From Pseudonocardiales bacterium (lineage in GTDB: Bacteria; Actinomycetota; Actinomycetes; Mycobacteriales; Pseudonocardiaceae): a stretch of 64,000 nucleotides of DNA. Where the stretch lies: NCBI GenBank assembly GCA_052390115.1, contig JBQTHE010000035.1:13088-77087 (forward strand), given 5' to 3'. Below the pieces are notes generated by a model. That model was not told the origin of the DNA and searched no databases. It saw nothing but the letters and a program-made list of their open reading frames with translations. Shown here one piece after another: positions 18,739 through 26,899 of the stretch. The translations under genes were made by a program, and so were the position numbers. Within the stretch, counting starts at the first letter, position 1. Each line of letters opens with the position of its first letter.

Positions 18739-19143
18739 GTGCCGCACTATCGGATATCAGAGATCGCTGAGCTGTTCGGCGTAAGCGATGACACCGTTCG
18801 GCGGTGGGCGGATTCCGGGCAGCTGACCGCGGTCCGGGATGCCGGTGGTCGCAAGGCGGTGGATGGTGCGGAGTTGGCGGCGTTCGCCAAGTCGCAGGCA
18901 CAGGCCGCGCCTGATCCGTCCCTGGTGGACCGGTCGGCGCGGAACCGTTTCGTCGGTCTGGTCACCGAGGTGGTCGTCGACCGGGTGATGGCGCAGGTGG
19001 AGATCCAGTGTGGGCCACATCGGGTGGTTTCACTGATGAGCAGCGAGGCAGTGCGCGAACTGGGGCTCGTGCCGGGGGTACTGGCGGTGGCTGTGGTGAA
19101 GTCGACCGAGGTCATGGTCGAGACCCCAGGAGGACGAGCATGA
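18739..19143 (+). CDS. Molybdate-responsive regulator candidate: MerR/excisionase-type HTH fused to a TOBE/Mop domain
   Basis: RBS ggagg, GTG at 18739. YRISEIAELFGVSDDTVRRWADSGQL (HTH) and ARNRFVGLVTEVVVDRVMAQVEIQCGPHRVVSLMSSEAVRELGLVPGVLAVAVVKSTEVMV (TOBE). Stop overlaps the modA start. Confidence 0.75.
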   Translation: MPHYRISEIAELFGVSDDTVRRWADSGQLTAVRDAGGRKAVDGAELAAFAKSQAQAAPDPSLVDRSARNRFVGLVTEVVVDRVMAQVEIQCGPHRVVSLMSSEAVRELGLVPGVLAVAVVKSTEVMVETPGGRA

Positions 19144-19907
19144 AGCGAGTGGTAGTGGTGGGGCTGGCGGCTGGGCTGGCGCTGGCGGGCTGCGGTGGTG
19201 CTGGGCAGACCGGACCGGGTGCCCCGGAGCGGGTGCCGGTCACGGTGCTGGCAGGGGCCTCCCTCACTGACGTGTTCACCAAGTTGGAACAGCAGTTCGA
19301 GGCCGCCAATCCCACCGCTGACCTGCGGTTTAGCTTCGGCGGCTCGTCGGATCTGGCTGCCCAGATCGTCAACGGTGCGCCCGCCGACGTGTTCGCGTCG
19401 GCCAACGTGAAGCAGATGAAGGTGGTAGCCGACGCTGGCAAGGTGGCTGGCGAACCGCAGCCGTTCACCAGCAACGTGCTGACCATCGTGGTGCCCCCGG
19501 GCAATCCGAAGGGCATCCGTTCGTTCGCCGATCTGGCCAAGCCGGATGTCACCGAGCTGGTGTGTGCTCCGCAGGTGCCCTGCGGCGCGGCTGCCGAGCA
19601 GATCGAGGAGGCCACCAACATCACGCTGAGCCCGGCCAGCGAGGAGCCTGACGTCAGGTCGGTACTGGCCAAGGTCCAGGCCAAGGAGGCCGACGCCGGG
19701 CTGGTCTACATCACCGATGCCCGCAGCGCCGCGGGCAAGGTCGAGCAGATCAACTTCCCGGAGGCCAAGGACGCGGTCAACGTCTACCCGATCGCTGCGA
19801 TCGAGGGTGCCCCGCAGGCTGAGCTCGCGGCGGCCTTCGTCGCGTTTATTCTGGGCCCGGAGGGTCAGCGAGAGCTGACCGCTGCTGGCTTCAGCCCGTC
19901 TTCTTGA
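19140..19907 (+). CDS. modA: Molybdate ABC transporter substrate-binding lipoprotein ModA
   Basis: Lipobox [19 protein letters not shown]...[26 protein letters not shown]...GLVYITDA. Confidence 0.85.
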   Translation: MKRVVVVGLAAGLALAGCGGAGQTGPGAPERVPVTVLAGASLTDVFTKLEQQFEAANPTADLRFSFGGSSDLAAQIVNGAPADVFASANVKQMKVVADAGKVAGEPQPFTSNVLTIVVPPGNPKGIRSFADLAKPDVTELVCAPQVPCGAAAEQIEEATNITLSPASEEPDVRSVLAKVQAKEADAGLVYITDARSAAGKVEQINFPEAKDAVNVYPIAAIEGAPQAELAAAFVAFILGPEGQRELTAAGFSPSS

Positions 19908-20716
19908 CGCAAACAAGGGATTCGCACACCGTACGTACGGGGTTGCCCGGTGCGTTGTGGGTGCCCGCGCTAGCGGCCCTCGGGTTGATCCTGCTGCCGG
20001 TGATCGGGCTGGTCGTACGGGCGCCCTGGCCCCGGTTCGTCGAGCTGGTCACCAGCGACTCGGCGCTCGCGGCGTTGGAGTTGTCGCTGCGCACCGCCGT
20101 GGTGTCCACGTTGTTGTGTGTGGTGCTCGGTGGGCCGCTGGCGGTGGTGCTGGCCCGCGGTTCGGTGCCCGGTCTGCGGTTGCTGCGCTCGGTGGTGCTG
20201 CTGCCGCTGGTCCTGCCACCGGTGGTCGGCGGGCTGGCGCTGCTGTACCTGCTGGGGCGTAGCGGGTTCGCCGGGTATGCCCTGGACCTGGCCTTCGGTG
20301 TGAGCCTGCCGTTCACCACTGCGGCGGTGATCCTGGCGCAGACGTTCGTGGCGATGCCGTTTCTGGTGGTGAGCCTGGAGGGGGCGCTGCGCACCGGCGG
20401 CGAGCGCTACGAGGTGATCGCGGCGAGTCTGGGTGCGTCACCATGGACGGTGTTTCGCCGGGTCACCGTCCCGCTGGTGCTGCCGGGTCTGGGCTCGGGC
20501 ATGGTGCTCAGCTTCGCTCGTTGCCTGGGCGAGTTCGGGGCCACCATCGCGTTTGCGGGCAGCCTGCAGGGGGTGACCAGGACGCTGCCGCTGGAGGTCT
20601 ACCTGCAGCGCGAGGTCGACGCCGATGTGGCGATCGCGCTGTCGCTGTTGCTCGTGGTGGTGGCGATCGTGGTGATCGCGGTGGCCCGACCCCGCTCTGC
20701 GGAAGGTTTGGGATGA
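19904..20716 (+). CDS. modB: Molybdate ABC transporter permease ModB
   Basis: Multi-TM protein with the EAA-type loop [21 protein letters not shown]. Start (TTG 19904, overlapping the modA stop) is uncertain. Confidence 0.85.
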   Translation: MTQTRDSHTVRTGLPGALWVPALAALGLILLPVIGLVVRAPWPRFVELVTSDSALAALELSLRTAVVSTLLCVVLGGPLAVVLARGSVPGLRLLRSVVLLPLVLPPVVGGLALLYLLGRSGFAGYALDLAFGVSLPFTTAAVILAQTFVAMPFLVVSLEGALRTGGERYEVIAASLGASPWTVFRRVTVPLVLPGLGSGMVLSFARCLGEFGATIAFAGSLQGVTRTLPLEVYLQREVDADVAIALSLLLVVVAIVVIAVARPRSAEGLG

Positions 20717-21780
20717 GTCCGGGGCTGGACATCGAGGTCGCCGTGCGCCGCGGCGACTTCGACCTGGATGCGACGGTGCGGGTGGAGCCCGGCGAGGTGG
20801 TCGCGGTGCTGGGACGCAACGGGTCGGGCAAGTCCACCCTGCTCGCTGCGATCGCCGGCCATCTGCGCCCGGACACCGGACGGATCGTCCTGGACGGTCG
20901 GGTGCTCACCGACACCGCTGCGGGGGTGCAGCTGGCGCCGCACCGCAGGCGCGTCGGGCTGCTGGCCCAGGAACCGCTGCTGTTCCCGCACCTGTCGGTG
21001 CTGGACAACGTCGCGTTCGGCCCGCGCTGCGCCGGTAGGCGCAAACAGCCGGCTCGGGAGGCCGCGATGCGCCGCCTCACCGAGGTCGACGCGGTGCAGT
21101 TCGCCCAGCGGCGCCCGCGCCGGCTGTCCGGTGGGCAGGCCCAGCGCATCGCGCTGGCTCGGGCCCTGGCCTCAGACCCCGACCTGCTGCTGCTGGACGA
21201 GCCCCTGTCCGCAGTAGACGTGGAGTTCGCCCCCGCCCTGCGGTCGCTGCTGCGCTCCGTGCTGCAAGACCGGCTCGCCGTCGTCGTGACCCACCAAGTG
21301 ATCGACGCGCTGGTGCTCGCGGACCGGGTGGTGGTGCTCGACGGTGGCCGCGTGGTGGAACAGGGCCCCACGCGCGACGTGCTCACCCGGCCGCGCAGCG
21401 CCTTCGCCGCGCGGTTGGCCGGGCTGAACCTGATATCCGGCATCGCGACGGCAACAGGGTTACGCGCCGAGGACGGCTCCGAGTTCACCGGTGCGACCGA
21501 ATCCACGGTCGTTGGTGCCGCGGCGGTCGCGGTGTTCACCCCCGCCGCGGTGGCCGTGTACATGGATCCGCCCAAGGGCAGCCCGCGCAATGTGATCCAA
21601 GACCGGGTCGAAGCGCTGGAGCCCAACGGCACACTCGTCCGGGTACGTGGTGCGGCTGGGCTGGCCGCGGACATCACGCCGGTCGCCGTGGTGGAACTGG
21701 GGCTGCACACCGGTGCCGGGGTGTGGTTCGTCGTCAAGGCCGCCGAGGTCGCCGTCTACCCCACGCACGCAGCGCAGTAG
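20713..21780 (+). CDS. modC: Molybdate ABC transporter ATP-binding protein ModC (with C-terminal TOBE-like domain)
   Basis: ATGA overlap with modB. Walker [12 protein letters not shown], signature [15 protein letters not shown], Walker B LLLLDEP. Confidence 0.85.
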   Translation: MSPGLDIEVAVRRGDFDLDATVRVEPGEVVAVLGRNGSGKSTLLAAIAGHLRPDTGRIVLDGRVLTDTAAGVQLAPHRRRVGLLAQEPLLFPHLSVLDNVAFGPRCAGRRKQPAREAAMRRLTEVDAVQFAQRRPRRLSGGQAQRIALARALASDPDLLLLDEPLSAVDVEFAPALRSLLRSVLQDRLAVVVTHQVIDALVLADRVVVLDGGRVVEQGPTRDVLTRPRSAFAARLAGLNLISGIATATGLRAEDGSEFTGATESTVVGAAAVAVFTPAAVAVYMDPPKGSPRNVIQDRVEALEPNGTLVRVRGAAGLAADITPVAVVELGLHTGAGVWFVVKAAEVAVYPTHAAQ

Positions 21781-21797
21781 CCATCCCGCTGCCAACC

Positions 21798-21859
21798 GCG
21801 ACATGGATGCTTGTCGCTGTCCAGAGGCCCTTCCAAAGGACGACATGGATGCTTGTCGC
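21798..21859. repeat. Left doublet of the 20-bp motif GCGACAtggatgctTGTCGC (two copies, 43 bp apart)
   Basis: 21798-21817 gcgacatggatgcttgtcgc and 21841-21859 cgacatggatgcttgtcgc. Each unit is a 6-bp inverted repeat with an asymmetric 8-nt spacer. Confidence 0.85.
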
Positions 21860-21893
21860 ACTTTCAGGGGCGCGAAGCGGGGGCGCTCGTGTG

Positions 21894-21931
21894 GTTGGGG
21901 GCTGTGGATAGGTGTTGGGGGCTGTGGATAG
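21894..21931 (+). repeat. Direct tandem repeat gttgggggctgtggatag x2 (20-bp period) just upstream of the DUF559 gene start
   Basis: 21894-21911 and 21914-21931 are identical 18-mers. Confidence 0.85.
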
Positions 21932-21971
21932 CGGTTGGACAGCTGGGCGTGCCTGCGGGATCTTGACCGGC

Positions 21972-22850
21972 ATGGAGACACGCTGGGGGCTCGAAGATCC
22001 TAGTGGGCCGTTCCGGGGCTCGGAGGCCGTCGCGACGGGGGCGGTGACCTGGGGTCAGCTGCGAGGACCGCAATTCCGGCGCATCTTCCGGGACGTCTAC
22101 CTGCCAGCGGCGCTGCCGCTGACCCACGAGGTGCGATGTGAGAGCGCGGCGCTCATCTTGCCTGCGGAAGCGGTGATCACCGGTAGGTCAGCTGCCACGC
22201 TGCGAGGCTTGCCATTGGCGCGCACTGAGGACCCGGTCGAAGCTGTCATCGGGCTGGACACCCGGGTATTCCGCCGAGCCGGTCTGGACCTGAGGCGGTG
22301 CGAGGTCCGCGACGATGAGACCGAAGAGTGGTCAGGAATCCGACTGGCGAGCCGCCGACGGATGGCTTTCGACCTGCTACTGGACCGATCCTTGCCCGAC
22401 GCAGTGGCCGATCTGGATGCCTCCTTGCGGGCGGGGCTGATCGGCCAGCGGGAGATGCAGCTTTACCTGCTCGAACGTCACGACCGGGGCATCGTCCAGG
22501 CCCGCCGTGCGCTCGAACTGGCTGACCCGCGGGCCGAGTCGCCTCCGGAGTCCCGGATGCGGGTGCACCTGGTGCTGGACGGGTTGCGTCCCGAGGTGCA
22601 GTACCGCATCCATCACCGCGGCGGCCTGGTTGCCAGGGCGGACCTCGCCTTCCCCGAGCGTCGGCTTGCTGTCGAGTACGACGGAGCTTGGCACGGTGCA
22701 CCGCTGCAGGTTGGGCAGGACCGTGACCGGTTGAACCGCCTGCACGCAGCGGGCTGGGACGTCGTCTTCGTCACCGCGCAGCACCTCCGGGAGCCTCGCC
22801 GCCTGGTGTGTACGGTCCGCGGAGCACTCGATGCGCGTCAAGCCGGGTGA
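21972..22850 (+). CDS. DUF559 / Vsr-like endonuclease-fold protein with AbiEi_4-like N-terminal domain
   Basis: N-terminus GPFRGSEAVATGAVTWGQLRGPQFRRIFRDVYL. C-terminus RPEVQYRIHHRGGLVARADLAFPERRLAVEYDGAWHG...DRDRLNRLHAAGWDVVFVT. Confidence 0.7.
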   Translation: METRWGLEDPSGPFRGSEAVATGAVTWGQLRGPQFRRIFRDVYLPAALPLTHEVRCESAALILPAEAVITGRSAATLRGLPLARTEDPVEAVIGLDTRVFRRAGLDLRRCEVRDDETEEWSGIRLASRRRMAFDLLLDRSLPDAVADLDASLRAGLIGQREMQLYLLERHDRGIVQARRALELADPRAESPPESRMRVHLVLDGLRPEVQYRIHHRGGLVARADLAFPERRLAVEYDGAWHGAPLQVGQDRDRLNRLHAAGWDVVFVTAQHLREPRRLVCTVRGALDARQAG

Positions 22851-22857
22851 GCACACA

Positions 22858-22919
22858 GCGATAAGCATCCATGTCGCTGCACCAGCATGGCCGGCGACAG
22901 CGACAAGCATCCATGTCGC
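22858..22919. repeat. Right doublet of the same 20-bp motif in inverted orientation (two copies, 42 bp apart)
   Basis: 22858-22877 gcgataagcatccatgtcgc and 22900-22919 gcgacaagcatccatgtcgc. The latter is the exact reverse complement of 21798-21817. Confidence 0.85.
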
Positions 22920-23053
22920 AGGAAAGAAGCGCCCGAAATGTGGCTTGAGGTCGTAAGGTGGGGGGTACGCGTCCCGGGTGCGCTCGGGGCGCGTTCGCCT
23001 TGCTGGTCGCCCACCCCCGGCAGGCGGTATTCCATGAGGGAGCGGTGAGGTCA

Positions 23054-23440
23054 GTGCCGACCGGCAAGGTCAAGTGGTACGACGCGGGTAAGGGCTTTGG
23101 TTTCGTCACCCAGGACGGTGGTGCCGACGTCTACGTTCGGGCGACCGCGCTACCAACGGGGGTGACCGACCTCAAGACCGGCCAGCGGGTCGAGTTCGGG
23201 CTGGCCGACGGGCGGCGCGGCCCGCAGGCCCTGTCGGTGCGGTTGCTGGAGCCGCCGCCGTCGGTGGCGGAGGCCCGCCGCCGACCGGCCGAGGAGCTGC
23301 ACGGCCTGATCGAAGACATGATCAAGTTGCTGGAGTCACGGGTGCAGCCCGACCTACGTCGCGGCCGCTACCCCGACCGTCGCAATACCAAGCGGGTCGC
23401 GGAGGTGGTGCGGGCCGTCGCCCGCGAGCTGGATCCGTGA
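23054..23440 (+). CDS. Cold-shock domain protein with long C-terminal extension (CspB-like)
   Basis: GTG at 23054. [30 protein letters not shown] (RNP1-type KGFGF). Confidence 0.8.
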   Translation: MPTGKVKWYDAGKGFGFVTQDGGADVYVRATALPTGVTDLKTGQRVEFGLADGRRGPQALSVRLLEPPPSVAEARRRPAEELHGLIEDMIKLLESRVQPDLRRGRYPDRRNTKRVAEVVRAVARELDP

Positions 23441-23467
23441 CTGGGCAATCGACACACACCGGGCTCC

Positions 23468-23529
23468 GCATTCAGCGGGCTCAGCGGGGTTATTCGGTCG
23501 TCAACAGCCCCGCTGAGCCCGCTGAATGC
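23468..23529. terminator. Perfect 22-bp-stem hairpin between convergent csp and MFS genes (bidirectional terminator candidate)
   Basis: gcattcagcgggctcagcgggg (23468-23489) pairs with ccccgctgagcccgctgaatgc (23508-23529). Confidence 0.6.
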
Positions 23530-23535
23530 GCTTGG

Positions 23536-25110
23536 TCAGGTCTGCTGGTTTGCTCGGCGGGTAGCCGGGTGGGGGCGCAGCGGGGGGCCTGCACCGAGCC
23601 CGGGAATCAGTGACGATCCGCGCCGGGCCAGGACGGTCTGCGCCAACCCCAAGCCGAGCAGCACCGATACCGAGGCGAACCCGATCCAGTAGACGGGTGG
23701 CAGCAGCACGCCCAGCGCGCCACCCAACACCCAGGCTAGTTGGAGCACGGTCTCCGACCGGCCGAACGCAGAGGCGCGAGAGGCCTCCGGCATGTGTCGC
23801 TGGATCACCGAGTCCAGACAGACCTTGGCGATCGCGCTGCCGGTCGCTGCCACCAGGGCGGTGGCCGCCGCGACGGCGATCCCGGGCACCAGCGCAGCGA
23901 GCACCGCCATGGTGAGCCCAGCCGCCACACAGCTGAGGATGGCCTGATCAGGTCTGCCGAAGTGCATCTGGGCACCGACCGCATTGCCCAGGAAGCTGCC
24001 TGCGCCGGCGACCGCCCCGACGATGCCGAGCAGCAGTAGCTGCCGCCCAGGCGAGCCCTCGGCCTGCGCCTTCACCGCGAACGCCACGAACAGCGTGAGG
24101 AACCCGGTGAGCACCCGCGCGGTCCCGTTGCCCCACAGCGCGACGACCACGTGGCGACCCATCGGCTGCCGGCGCCGGGCCGAGGTGCCGGTGGTCTCGG
24201 TCCCCAGCGAGGCAGGCACCTCGCCCTCGGTCACCTCGACCCAGGACGGGATGCGTAGGCATAGGGCTGCCCCCGCCAGGCAGACCACCGCGGTGAACAG
24301 CAGCGCGCCTGGCGATCCGGCCAGCGCCGCCACCCCGGCGGCGAGGACTCCCGATATCCCACCGGCGACCAGCCCGAACACGGTGAGCCGCGAGTTGACC
24401 TTCACCAGGGTGATCTGCGGCGGGAGCAGCCGCGGGGTCACCGCCGCCTTGAGCACTCCGAAAGACTTGGCCAGCACCATGAAACCCAGCGCGGCCGGGT
24501 AGAGCAGCCAGTCGTTGACGTGGGTGGCCATCACGATCAGCAGCAGAGCGCGGCCGACGAATGACAGCGCCATCGCCACCCGCCTGCCGTGCTGCAGCCG
24601 GTCCAGTAGCGGGCCGATCACCGGGGCGACCACCGCGAACGGTGCCACCGTGATCAGCAGGTAGAGCGCCACGTTGGCCCGGCTCTCCGCGGTGCCGGCC
24701 GCGAAGAACAGCGTGTTGGCCAGGGCGACGGCGATGGCTGCGCTGGCCGCGTAGTCCATCATCGTCGTGTAGGTCAGCGAGGACAGCCCGGACCGCCCGG
24801 CACCGTCGGCCGTGGTGGCCCGGTGGAACAGTCGCACGCCGTCCCCGACCAGCTGCCGGCTCCGCCACGCCGCCACCCGGGTGACGGTGATCTTGCGCGG
24901 GTACGGCGGTCCGCTCGAAGGGGGCTGCGGGGGTACCGGAGCCGTCGCCGAGTCGTCTGCTGGGGGCGGGACATACCGATCGCTGGGTTGCCGACGGTGA
25001 TCGCTGGGTTGCCGGCGGTGAGCGTCCCGGTCATCCCACGGTGGATGCGGTATCCAGGTTGCCGACGGCGGTGGGGGACCGGTCGGGCTCGCCCGGTGGT
25101 CATCGGCCAT
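23536..25110 (-). CDS. MFS transporter with Pro-rich cytoplasmic N-terminal extension
   Basis: About 12 predicted TM helices. Start set at MADDHRASPTG (ATG 25110) and is uncertain. Confidence 0.7.
   Translation of the reverse strand: MADDHRASPTGPPPPSATWIPHPPWDDRDAHRRQPSDHRRQPSDRYVPPPADDSATAPVPPQPPSSGPPYPRKITVTRVAAWRSRQLVGDGVRLFHRATTADGAGRSGLSSLTYTTMMDYAASAAIAVALANTLFFAAGTAESRANVALYLLITVAPFAVVAPVIGPLLDRLQHGRRVAMALSFVGRALLLIVMATHVNDWLLYPAALGFMVLAKSFGVLKAAVTPRLLPPQITLVKVNSRLTVFGLVAGGISGVLAAGVAALAGSPGALLFTAVVCLAGAALCLRIPSWVEVTEGEVPASLGTETTGTSARRRQPMGRHVVVALWGNGTARVLTGFLTLFVAFAVKAQAEGSPGRQLLLLGIVGAVAGAGSFLGNAVGAQMHFGRPDQAILSCVAAGLTMAVLAALVPGIAVAAATALVAATGSAIAKVCLDSVIQRHMPEASRASAFGRSETVLQLAWVLGGALGVLLPPVYWIGFASVSVLLGLGLAQTVLARRGSSLIPGLGAGPPLRPHPATRRANQQT
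24978..25019 (-). repeat. 21-bp in-frame tandem duplication (HRRQPSD x2) in the MFS N-terminal tail
   Basis: gatcgctgggttgccgacggt / gatcgctgggttgccggcggt on the + strand. Confidence 0.85.
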
Positions 25111-25255
25111 CCTGCGGTCATCGGGCACCCAGCGCCGCCCGCGGCCTATCCGGCGCCGAGCACCGGGGTGCTCGGCGCCGGATGGGGATTCAGGCCGCTT
25201 CACAGGGCCCATCCTGCACCACCGGCAGCGCCTGAGTGTCGCACCCTGGGGTCCA

Positions 25256-26047
25256 TCAAGCCGGGACGAATCGGACCCGGAACAGCGACGGCCAATTCTT
25301 GCCGGTGACGAGGAACTCGTCTGTGCCCGGTATCGCCGCGATGCCGTTGAGCACGCCCGCGGCGGACCGCTGCGGCGGGCTGAGCAGCCCGGACGCGTTG
25401 ACCACGCCGGTCACTGCGCCGGTGCCGGGGTTGATCCGCAGGATGCGGTCGTCCTGGAAGACGTTGGCCCAGATGACGCCGCCCGCGCACTCCAGCTCGT
25501 TGAGCTTGCGCACCGGCTCGCCGTCGAGGCGGACCACGGCCTGGCCGGACGGGGCGAAGGTGACCGGGTCCCGGAAGGTGAGCCGGTCGCTGCCGTCGCT
25601 CATCACCAGCCGGTCTCCGTCGTGACACAAGCCCCAACCCTCGCCTTGGTAGGTCACTCGACGCCGCTCGGCCAGCGTCGCCGGATCGCGCTCGATAGCC
25701 AGACCGCTGGTATAGGTCAACTGCCACAACCGATCGCCGGCGACGGTGAGTCCCTCGCCGAACAGGGGGACGGGCAGCGTCTGCTCCTGCAGCACGGCGG
25801 CGCTGGACAGCGCGGTGGCCCGGACCCGGGACTGGCCGATCAGCCCGCTGCTCTCGTAGAGGACCCCGTCCCGGATCTCCAAACCCTGGGTGGACATCGT
25901 CGTGTCATGTGGCAGCGTGGCCTGGACCTGCACGCGAAGCTGCTCAGCGGCCGAATGCGTAGTGCAGCCGGCCAGCACCGCCGCCGACAGTCCGGCGACT
26001 GCCAGCACTGCAGCCGCCAACACGGCAGCGCTCGGGACAGGCAGCAC
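25256..26047 (-). CDS. Glutaminyl-peptide cyclotransferase (plant/bacterial beta-propeller type), probable lipoprotein
   Basis: LAGCTT lipobox. GLEIRDGVLYESSGLIGQSRV, LFGEGLTV, LWQLTYTSG, GEGWGLCHDGDRLVMSDGS, LNELECAGGVIWANVF, VLNGIAAIPGTDEFLVTGKNWP. Start uncertain. Confidence 0.75.
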   Translation of the reverse strand: MLPVPSAAVLAAAVLAVAGLSAAVLAGCTTHSAAEQLRVQVQATLPHDTTMSTQGLEIRDGVLYESSGLIGQSRVRATALSSAAVLQEQTLPVPLFGEGLTVAGDRLWQLTYTSGLAIERDPATLAERRRVTYQGEGWGLCHDGDRLVMSDGSDRLTFRDPVTFAPSGQAVVRLDGEPVRKLNELECAGGVIWANVFQDDRILRINPGTGAVTGVVNASGLLSPPQRSAAGVLNGIAAIPGTDEFLVTGKNWPSLFRVRFVPA

Positions 26048-26117
26048 GGGGACAGCGTCGCACAGCCTTGCTGGCCGGGTCGGCAGCGTGGACTGCTGGT
26101 ACGGCACAATTAGAGGT

Positions 26118-26861
26118 GTGACTCCCAATACCACCGAGCCCGGCTCCGACCTCGTTGAGGCCGTCGAGCTGGCCCGGCGGGCGGCGCAGGTCGACGCCGG
26201 TGACAGTCCGGTGGGTCGGCAGGTGGGGACACAGATTGAGGACGGCGGCGCGGTCACACACCTGTTCGAGGCCGACCTGCCCGGCTACCGAGGCTGGCGC
26301 TGGGCGGTCACGGTGGCTTCGGCGGGTCCGGCCGCTCCGGTGACGATCAGCGAGGTGGTGCTGTTGCCCGGGCCGGACGCGCTGGTCGCGCCGGCCTGGG
26401 TGCCGTGGACCCAGCGGGTCCGGGCAGGTGACCTCGGGGTCGGGGACCTGCTGCCGACCGACCCGGACGATCCGCGGTTGGTGCCCGGCTATCTCAGCGA
26501 CGATGACCCGGCAGTGGAGCAGCTCAGCCCGGAGCTGGGCCTGGGACGACCCCGGGTGCTGGGGCGGGAGGCTCGCCTCGCGCTGCTGCAACGATGGCGC
26601 GACAGTGACCGCGGCCCGGATTCCGAGATGGCCCGCAGCGCCCCCGATCGATGCGTGACCTGCGGCTTCTACCTTCCGCTCGGCGGGGCGCTCGGCGCGG
26701 CCCTCGGTGTCTGCGGCAATGACATGGCTCCGGCCGACGGGCAGGTGGTGCACGCCGAGTTCGGCTGCGGGGCGCACTCCGAGGTGCAGGTGGATACCAG
26801 CCCGAGCGTGCCGGTGGCCGAGCTGGTCTACGACGACGCCGAGCTGGAGATACTGACCTGA
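26118..26861 (+). CDS. DUF3027 domain protein
   Basis: C-terminal Cys cluster CVTCGFYLPLGGALGAALGVCGNDMAPADGQVVHAEFGCGAHSE. GTG start at 26118. Confidence 0.7.
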   Translation: MTPNTTEPGSDLVEAVELARRAAQVDAGDSPVGRQVGTQIEDGGAVTHLFEADLPGYRGWRWAVTVASAGPAAPVTISEVVLLPGPDALVAPAWVPWTQRVRAGDLGVGDLLPTDPDDPRLVPGYLSDDDPAVEQLSPELGLGRPRVLGREARLALLQRWRDSDRGPDSEMARSAPDRCVTCGFYLPLGGALGAALGVCGNDMAPADGQVVHAEFGCGAHSEVQVDTSPSVPVAELVYDDAELEILT

Positions 26862-26899
26862 ACGCCGATCCGTTCGGCACCGCAGCGCTGCGCGAGGGT

